This document shows positions 59,172 through 64,000 of a stretch of DNA of 64,000 nucleotides, one piece after another (within the stretch, counting starts at the first letter, position 1; each line of letters opens with the position of its first letter). Location: the sequence record OP172784; one strand, 5' to 3'. The position numbers were made by a program, and so were the translations under genes. The DNA comes from Escherichia phage ECO07P1. The notes under the pieces were generated by a model. That model had not been told where the DNA came from and did not search any database. It saw nothing but the letters and a program-made list of their open reading frames with translations.

Positions 59172-59210
59172 GTTTACACGGGGTTTTAGTTGTGATACTA
59201 TTACCCTATC
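59172..59210 (+). promoter_or_regulatory. early promoter cassette upstream of first IP-like gene
   Basis: GTTTAC 59172-59177, TGa-TACTAT at 59196-59201, followed by ACCCTATC. Confidence 0.6.
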
Positions 59211-59237
59211 AAAACAAATGAGTGATTGGAGAATAAA

Positions 59238-59510
59238 ATGAAAACATTTAAAGAATTTATCAATGAAGCTGCTTTTAACGAAAAAGTAAAAATTAGCAAA
59301 GCTGTCAAGACTATGATTGATAACATCAATTACCTATATGGTATTGATTTAACTGACTATGTAACAGTTGGTAACAAACGTAACTATTTCGTGTTTGACA
59401 TCTCTGAACTTGACCAGAATCAAATTAACAACATTGAGCGTTTTGCTAATGATAAGGGTCTTCGTCATGAGTCAGCGGGTTATAAAAAATACGCAATTTA
59501 TTTAAAATGA
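59238..59510 (+). CDS. internal-protein-like small protein with N-terminal capsid targeting sequence
   Basis: Starts MKTFKEFINE|AA.., matching the T4 IP capsid-targeting sequence/gp21 cleavage context (MKTYQEFIAE|A recalled); preceded by early promoter cassette and RBS GGAGAATAAAATG. Confidence 0.6.
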   Translation: MKTFKEFINEAAFNEKVKISKAVKTMIDNINYLYGIDLTDYVTVGNKRNYFVFDISELDQNQINNIERFANDKGLRHESAGYKKYAIYLK

Positions 59511-59545
59511 GTTTACTTTTAAATAGGGTTGTGGTACTATTATCT
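59511..59545 (+). promoter_or_regulatory. early promoter cassette upstream of second IP-like gene
   Basis: GTTTAC 59511-59516, TGg-TACTAT extended -10. Confidence 0.55.
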
Positions 59546-59570
59546 CATCAAAATTAATTAGGAAAATAAA

Positions 59571-59879
59571 ATGAAAACATTTAAAGAATTTATCAATGAA
59601 GCGGCTGCACCAAAGACATTCATTATTTATACTCAAGCGGGTCTTGATGATGAGTATGCGGAAGCAATTCTGAGGTCACTTGCTAAGAACGGTGTTGAAG
59701 TAATTGCTTCGGACTTTAAGAAAGGGGCTTCCGAGATGTTTATTTCTATAACTAAAGGATCTAAAGCTAAAATCAAATCATCATTCGGTGTTGCTCGTAC
59801 CGATCAAATCGACAATCATGACTTTAAACAAACTGGTGCTAAACGACAGAATACAATTGCATCACGCGGAATAAAATAG
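59571..59879 (+). CDS. internal-protein-like small protein with capsid targeting sequence
   Basis: Starts MKTFKEFINE|AAAPK..; own early promoter cassette. Confidence 0.6.
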   Translation: MKTFKEFINEAAAPKTFIIYTQAGLDDEYAEAILRSLAKNGVEVIASDFKKGASEMFISITKGSKAKIKSSFGVARTDQIDNHDFKQTGAKRQNTIASRGIK

Positions 59880-59891
59880 TTTATAAAAACC

Positions 59892-59930
59892 GTTTACTTT
59901 TAGATAGGGTAGTGATACTATTACCCTATC
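59892..59930 (+). promoter_or_regulatory. early promoter cassette with flanking inverted repeat (promoter-early-stem-loop-like)
   Basis: GTTTAC 59892-59897; arms GATAGGGTA and TACCCTATC flank the -10 GTGATACTAT. Confidence 0.6.
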
Positions 59931-59949
59931 AACTACTGAGGAGAATAAA

Positions 59950-60174
59950 ATGAAAACATGTAAAAAATTTATTGTAGAAGCTAAAAGACACGAAGACGAA
60001 CTGCCTTTTGTTTCAAAAACCTTTGATGGAACATTGGCTGATTTTAAAAAAATTCCTAATGATAAACTTGCTAAATTGGTTGGTTCTATTAGTGAAAAAG
60101 ATGGCAAGGTCACATTTTCTGCTCAAGGCGTTGCCAATCTCAAGAAACTTTTGAAAGCCGCTGGTGTTGAATAA
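59950..60174 (+). CDS. internal-protein-like small protein with degenerate capsid targeting sequence
   Basis: Starts MKTCKKFIVE|AK..; own early promoter cassette and RBS GAGGAGAATAAAATG. Confidence 0.5.
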   Translation: MKTCKKFIVEAKRHEDELPFVSKTFDGTLADFKKIPNDKLAKLVGSISEKDGKVTFSAQGVANLKKLLKAAGVE

Positions 60175-60177
60175 ATT

Positions 60178-60216
60178 GTTTACATAGGGTTTTAGTTGTG
60201 ATACTATTACCCTATC
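60178..60216 (+). promoter_or_regulatory. early promoter cassette with flanking inverted repeat
   Basis: GTTTAC 60178-60183; arms ATAGGGT and ACCCTAT; identical leader ACCCTATCAACTACTGAGGAGAATAAAATG as at 59920-59952. Confidence 0.6.
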
Positions 60217-60235
60217 AACTACTGAGGAGAATAAA

Positions 60236-60418
60236 ATGAAACGTTGTGAATTAATTCGAAATGTTGCTATTGCAATTTCTGCTTCTGCTTTTAGTTTTTC
60301 AATGTTTGTTGGATTTATATGCGGATTATTGACTACAGCAGAAAATGTTTTTTCACTTGTAGTAGCATTTTTAATTGGTTTAATTGCTATCGTTATGGAT
60401 AAAATTTCTAAAGGTTAA
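60236..60418 (+). CDS. small membrane protein (two predicted hydrophobic helices)
   Basis: 60 aa; hydrophobic stretches AIAISASAFSFSMFVGFICGLL and VFSLVVAFLIGLIAIV; own early promoter cassette. Confidence 0.45.
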   Translation: MKRCELIRNVAIAISASAFSFSMFVGFICGLLTTAENVFSLVVAFLIGLIAIVMDKISKG

Positions 60419-60420
60419 TA

Positions 60421-60708
60421 ATGATTCTTTATGCGAAAGTATCGTCCGTTGAAAATGGATATAAATATGATCAAGATGCGGCTAAAGCCTTGATTGATGA
60501 TTATGGCATTTTAACATGTTTTGAAGTTGAAAAGGTTTACATTGACCGTTCATCTTCTCAAGTTAAATTAGTAAAGGAAGACCGTAAATTTAATACAGTA
60601 AATTTTGATTTCTTTATTGAAACAGAAAAAGGTCCTCTTGAATATGATATTTTCAAGAATCCTTTGGGTCTTGAATGCATCGTAAACATGTATTATCATA
60701 AATGGTAA
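60421..60708 (+). CDS. hypothetical protein (95 aa)
   Basis: ORF start overlaps previous stop (TAATAATG). Confidence 0.45.
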   Translation: MILYAKVSSVENGYKYDQDAAKALIDDYGILTCFEVEKVYIDRSSSQVKLVKEDRKFNTVNFDFFIETEKGPLEYDIFKNPLGLECIVNMYYHKW

Positions 60709-60710
60709 AT

Positions 60711-60735
60711 ATGCTTTAAGAATTATTTGTTATTA
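60711..60735 (+). promoter_or_regulatory. MotA-dependent middle promoter upstream of tRNA cluster
   Basis: Same ATGCTTTAAGAATTATTTGTTATTATTAA block as at 1077-1107. Confidence 0.5.
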
Positions 60736-60805
60736 TTAACTCATATCACACTGATTAATACCCTCTATCATCAAGGGTTCTTGCTTGAGAGCCTTTGTTA
60801 ATAAT

Positions 60806-60878
60806 TGGGAATTAGCCAAGTTGGTAAGGCACTGGATTTTGATTCCAGGATGCAAAGGTTCGAGTCCTTTATTCCCAG
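60806..60878 (+). tRNA. tRNA-Gln (anticodon UUG)
   Basis: Hand-folded cloverleaf: acceptor TGGGAAT/ATTCCCA, anticodon stem CTGGA/TCCAG with loop TTTTGAT, T-arm AAAGG-TTCGAGT-CCTTT. Confidence 0.8.
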
Positions 60879-60879
60879 C

Positions 60880-60966
60880 GCGAGAATGGTCAAATTGGTA
60901 AAGGCACAGCACTTAAAATGCTGCGGAATGATTTCCTTGTGGGTTCGAGTCCCACTTCTCGCACCA
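60880..60966 (+). tRNA. tRNA-Leu (anticodon UAA), class II with long variable arm
   Basis: Acceptor GCGAGAA/TTCTCGC, anticodon loop CTTAAAA, long variable arm, T-loop TTCGAGT, 3' CCA encoded. Confidence 0.8.
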
Positions 60967-60971
60967 AATTT

Positions 60972-61045
<74 letters not shown>

Positions 61046-61055
61046 ATTTAATTTA

Positions 61056-61130
61056 CTCCGTGTAGCTCAGTTTGGTAGAGCGTCTGCTTTGGGAGCAGAA
61101 TGTCGCAGGTTCAAATCCTGCCGCGGAGAC
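61056..61130 (+). tRNA. tRNA-Pro (anticodon UGG)
   Basis: Acceptor CTCCGTG/CGCGGAG, anticodon stem TCTGC/GCAGA with loop TTTGGGA, T-loop TTCAAAT. Confidence 0.8.
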
Positions 61131-61131
61131 T

Positions 61132-61221
61132 GGAGGCGTGGCAGAGTGGTTTAATGCACCGGTCTTGAAAACCGGCAGTCGCTCCGGCGACTCATAGGTT
61201 CAAATCCTATCGCCTCCGCCA
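61132..61221 (+). tRNA. tRNA-Ser (anticodon UGA), class II
   Basis: Acceptor GGAGGCG/CGCCTCC, anticodon stem CCGGT/ACCGG with loop CTTGAAA, long variable arm, CCA encoded. Confidence 0.8.
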
Positions 61222-61226
61222 GTTTT

Positions 61227-61302
61227 GCTGATTTAGCTTAGTAGGTAGAGCAACTCACTTGTAATGAGAAGGTCGGCGGTTCGATTCCGTCAATCAGCAC
61301 CA
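61227..61302 (+). tRNA. tRNA-Thr (anticodon UGU)
   Basis: Acceptor GCTGATT/AATCAGC, anticodon loop CTTGTAA, T-loop TTCGATT, CCA encoded. Confidence 0.8.
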
Positions 61303-61303
61303 A

Positions 61304-61378
61304 GGCCCTGTAGCTGGAAGGTTCAAGCAAGCGACTCATAATCGCCAGATGGTGGTTCAATTCCACCCAGGGCCACCA
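61304..61378 (+). tRNA. tRNA with CAU anticodon (Ile via lysidine modification, or Met)
   Basis: Acceptor GGCCCTG/CAGGGCC, anticodon loop CTCATAA, T-loop TTCAATT, CCA encoded; the T4 equivalent is recalled as annotated Ile. Confidence 0.75.
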
Positions 61379-61391
61379 AATTAAGAATTAA

Positions 61392-61478
61392 GGGGAGTTA
61401 TCCCGTAGAGGTAGCGGTGTGGACTGTAAATCCATTGTCATTGCGACTCGGGTGGTTCGACTCCATCACTCCCCACCA
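61392..61478 (+). tRNA. tRNA-Tyr (anticodon GUA), class II
   Basis: Acceptor GGGGAGT/ACTCCCC, anticodon stem GTGGA/TCCAT with loop CTGTAAA, 15-nt variable arm as expected for bacterial-type tRNA-Tyr, T-loop TTCGACT, CCA encoded. Confidence 0.7.
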
Positions 61479-61482
61479 ATTT

Positions 61483-61557
61483 GGATGTGTAGCTCAATGG
61501 CAGAGCGATCGCCTGTTAAGCGATTGGTTATAGGTTCGAATCCTATCACGTCCGCCA
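61483..61557 (+). tRNA. tRNA-Asn (anticodon GUU)
   Basis: Acceptor GGATGTG/CACGTCC (one G-U), anticodon stem ATCGC/GCGAT with loop CTGTTAA, T-loop TTCGAAT, CCA encoded. Confidence 0.7.
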
Positions 61558-61561
61558 AATC

Positions 61562-61637
61562 CGAGGCATAGCTCAGAAGGAAGAGCAAGGACCTTCTAAG
61601 TCCTAGGTCGTAGGTTCGATCCCTACTGCCTCGACCA
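61562..61637 (+). tRNA. tRNA-Arg (anticodon UCU)
   Basis: Acceptor CGAGGCA/TGCCTCG, anticodon stem AGGAC/GTCCT with loop CTTCTAA, T-loop TTCGATC, CCA encoded. Confidence 0.8.
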
Positions 61638-61653
61638 ATTAAGTGAGGAAAAT

Positions 61654-62004
61654 ATGAAAGGTAATGTTTATTTAGTAGTTCATGATTTAACATTCTATTT
61701 TAATCATAATGACACTGTTATTTCTGAACGCGTAATTAATTTGCTTTATCAGCACGCAGATTATGTTTATGTCGAAAACGAATACGGTCATTGGCAATTT
61801 CTCAAAAATCGTTCATTTGGTTTAGATGGTTACGAATACTTTGAACGTAAAGACCTTTTAGATAAAATTCCATTATCTACACAATATCAAAATCACAAGT
61901 CTTTACATAAATGCCGTCCAATTCGAAATGTTGAATCTGCGTATGAAGCAATTGATTTGTGGCGTAAACGCCGTGAACAGATTGATGCTTTAAAAGAATA
62001 TTAA
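61654..62004 (+). CDS. hypothetical protein (116 aa)
   Basis: ORF with RBS GAGGAAAATATG directly after tRNA-Arg. Confidence 0.45.
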   Translation: MKGNVYLVVHDLTFYFNHNDTVISERVINLLYQHADYVYVENEYGHWQFLKNRSFGLDGYEYFERKDLLDKIPLSTQYQNHKSLHKCRPIRNVESAYEAIDLWRKRREQIDALKEY

Positions 62005-62345
62005 GAAACCGGGTCGCTACCGGTAAGTCGTCGGACTGATGTTCCCTGGGTAAGGACTGGCATTAACAAATCTTTACGATTTGTTAATGTCCCCTTACAT
62101 CACAGCAGAAACGGCGCACCGAATTATCGATTCGAGGAAATATCTTTGCCGTAAGCCGAGTAGCGTTTTTGACGGAACGTTCGGATATGGTCGAGATATG
62201 GCCTTTTAAAAATATTAAGTAGCGTCAACTGCTTAATAACCGGGTTCGAATCCCGGCGTTTCGTACAAACACTTGCCTTAGCAGGTGGAACCCCGACAAG
62301 GTTGCCGCAAGGCTTAGCCCCGACCGAAAGGTTGGGGCTTTTTAG
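62005..62345 (+). ncRNA. putative structured stable RNA(s) / tRNA-like element, ending in an intrinsic terminator
   Basis: No ORF of 60 aa or more; perfect 11-bp hairpin ATTAACAAATC-TTTAC-GATTTGTTAAT (about 62057-62083); tRNA-like T-arm CCGGG-TTCGAAT-CCCGG with possible acceptor pairing CGGAACG/CGTTTCG; terminator AGCCCCGACC-GAAA-GGTTGGGGCT-TTTTT at 62316-62345. Confidence 0.3.
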
Positions 62346-62433
62346 TTTGAATCACTCGGATAACGCTGTTACGGATAATAACAAAGTAATAAATAATTAA
62401 TAACCAACCGATAGATTATTTCAAGGATTTTAA

Positions 62434-62997
62434 ATGAAAACTTATGCCGAATTTTTAACCGAAGCAGCAAAATTACCATCTGAAGCAGAACTTACTAAAG
62501 TATTCTTCCAATTGGACCCAAAAGACCGTGGCGATTTTCTTAAGTGGAAAGCTAAAGCTATTGAAATGTATAACATTGATAATAGTTCTTTTACGATGAG
62601 TCAAGAAAATAAATTCAATAAAGCATTTTTCAAAATTTCTAAGAAACTGGCATCTGGCGCTCAGGTTCCTAAATCTGCCTTAGCTACTCCTGAACGTGCG
62701 CCTGTTAAAATTTCTAAGAATATGTTCGACACTAAAAAATACGTTAATGCTTTGAATAAAGCTCTTGATGCATTGGATGATGCAAAGAAGGCAGCCCGTG
62801 ATCTTCAAGACGTGTACATCGATTTTGATCGTAAAACTAAAGGTTCTATTTCAAATAGCGAACGCAATAGTGTAAGCGTTTATTCTGATAGCCTTGACGT
62901 TCTTGGCGATGCGTATACTGAAATTAAAAATCGTATTAACACCGCATCTAAACTAAAAGCTGCCGCAGAAGCTATAATAGCTAAACTAGATAAATAA
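62434..62997 (+). CDS. internal-protein-like protein with capsid targeting sequence (IPIII-sized)
   Basis: 187 aa starting MKTYAEFLTE|AAK.., very close to the recalled T4 IP capsid-targeting sequence; followed by terminator 63005-63030. Confidence 0.6.
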   Translation: MKTYAEFLTEAAKLPSEAELTKVFFQLDPKDRGDFLKWKAKAIEMYNIDNSSFTMSQENKFNKAFFKISKKLASGAQVPKSALATPERAPVKISKNMFDTKKYVNALNKALDALDDAKKAARDLQDVYIDFDRKTKGSISNSERNSVSVYSDSLDVLGDAYTEIKNRINTASKLKAAAEAIIAKLDK

Positions 62998-63004
62998 TTT
63001 TAAA

Positions 63005-63030
63005 TCCCTATCTAAATGATAGGGCTTTTT
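63005..63030 (+). terminator. intrinsic terminator after IP-like gene
   Basis: CCCTATC-TAAAT-GATAGGG followed by CTTTTT. Confidence 0.6.
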
Positions 63031-63164
63031 GGTATCTAGGCCTTTCTGGACCTCTCTAAGAATCATTTAGTTTCTACCCTTTATAATATATTATCCTATC
63101 CTTTAATTGCCCCTCCCTGTCCTAGAATTCCCTAAAACTTTTTAAAAAATTTTTTCACAAAACT

Positions 63165-63200
63165 GTTTACATCCCCGTTCTTCCATGGTACTATACAACT
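63165..63200 (+). promoter_or_regulatory. early promoter with A/T-rich upstream element
   Basis: TTTTTAAAAAATTTTTT tract, GTTTAC 63165-63170, GG-TACTAT -10, leader TATCAACTACTGA. Confidence 0.55.
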
Positions 63201-63238
63201 ATCAACTACTGATACAGAAAAACAACTTGGAGAATGAA

Positions 63239-63502
63239 ATGGATAATTACGGCGAACTGTTCAACTTCTTTATGAAATGCGTTTCAGAAGATTTCGGTCG
63301 TACAGTGAATGATATTAAAGTCATCGGTCCTGACCATCCGATGTTTGAAACTTACGCAGTAATGGGTAATGAAGACGGTCAGTGGTATACTGTAAAAGTT
63401 GTGATTAATATGTTCACTGCTGAAGGTTATGTTAAACTGTCTTCTAAAGTTTACCACGATAACGATGAAATCGCAGAAGAATATTTCAATAATATGAAAT
63501 AA
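63239..63502 (+). CDS. hypothetical early protein (87 aa from Met at MDNYGELF)
   Basis: RBS GGAGAATGAAATG; early promoter cassette at 63165-63192; track ORF start at 63185 lies inside the promoter and is unlikely. Confidence 0.45.
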   Translation: MDNYGELFNFFMKCVSEDFGRTVNDIKVIGPDHPMFETYAVMGNEDGQWYTVKVVINMFTAEGYVKLSSKVYHDNDEIAEEYFNNMK

Positions 63503-63570
63503 GTGTGTACAAACACCAAGGATGGTGTTATTATAGACTTATCAAAACAATCACAGAAGCGGAGAAATAA

Positions 63571-63747
63571 ATGACTACTTTAACTATTTGGTTTGACGAA
63601 AATGAAGAAACATACTGTGTGAACATTGATGAAAGTCCAATGCCAGAATTTGAATCTTCAGATAAAAACTCGGTTGTATCTTGGGCTGAAGGTTATAAAG
63701 CAGCAAAAGGCGATGTTGAAATAGTTTACAAACTATCCGGAGTATAA
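63571..63747 (+). CDS. hypothetical small protein (58 aa)
   Basis: ORF MTTLTIWFDENEETYCVNID.. with RBS GCGGAGAAATAAATG; below the track cutoff. Confidence 0.35.
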   Translation: MTTLTIWFDENEETYCVNIDESPMPEFESSDKNSVVSWAEGYKAAKGDVEIVYKLSGV

Positions 63748-63791
63748 TACTCTCATGGATTTTAAATCTTAATTAACCTAAGGAAATACTA

Positions 63792-64000
63792 TGAACACAC
63801 TGAAGAAAATTGTTGATTTTATTCGCACTAAACTTGGTTCTGCAATGGCTAAAAATCTATCTGTTGAAGAACAGTATACTGCTGCAGCAGCAAAACTGCT
63901 TGATAAAATTAAAGACCTAAAAACTGCTTCTGTTAAATCTATTAATGAAGAAAAACGTATTCGTGAACTTATTGTTGAAAAGAATAAACAGGCTGAATCA
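63792..64000 (+). CDS. hypothetical protein, 3'-truncated at window edge
   Basis: [19 protein letters not shown].. with RBS AAGGAAATACTATG; runs off the window end. Confidence 0.35.

Overview
This window is a T4-like (Tequatrovirus-type) myovirus genome segment; nearly every large ORF matches a T4 gene in length, order and recognisable motifs. From left to right: (1) an early block on the + strand with dCMP deaminase (cd, 5'-truncated), co-chaperonin gp31, rIII, about ten small variable ORFs, DNA ligase gp30 and two tandem Alt-like ADP-ribosyltransferase paralogs; (2) baseplate hub genes 54-48-29-28-27-51 (-) and 26-25 (+); (3) uvsY, uvsW, inh, hoc, RNA ligase 2; (4) a long minus-strand late operon (24, 23, 22, 21, 68, 67, 20, 19, an HNH endonuclease insert, 18, 17, 16, 15, 14, 13, wac, 12, 11, 10, 9, 8, 7, 6, 5.4, 5, 53); (5) genes 4, 2, 3, 1, 57A, 57B on the + strand; (6) an accessory region with cassette-like internal-protein genes carrying a capsid-targeting sequence, a 10-tRNA cluster, a structured non-coding region and more small early ORFs. 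Regulatory signals are read directly from sequence: T4-type early promoters (GTTTAC -35 with extended -10), MotA-box middle promoters, late promoters (TATAAATA) and many GNRA/UUCG-capped hairpins. The most interesting parts are the accessory pieces that are not fixed T4 core: the promoter-plus-stem-loop cassettes driving small injected-protein candidates, the free-standing HNH endonuclease between genes 18 and 19, the two extra tRNAs (Tyr, Asn), the structured RNA region after the tRNAs, and the promoter-embedded inverted repeats that would sequester ribosome-binding sites. All homology calls rest on recall of T4 proteins and on motifs visible in the translations; no database search was run.
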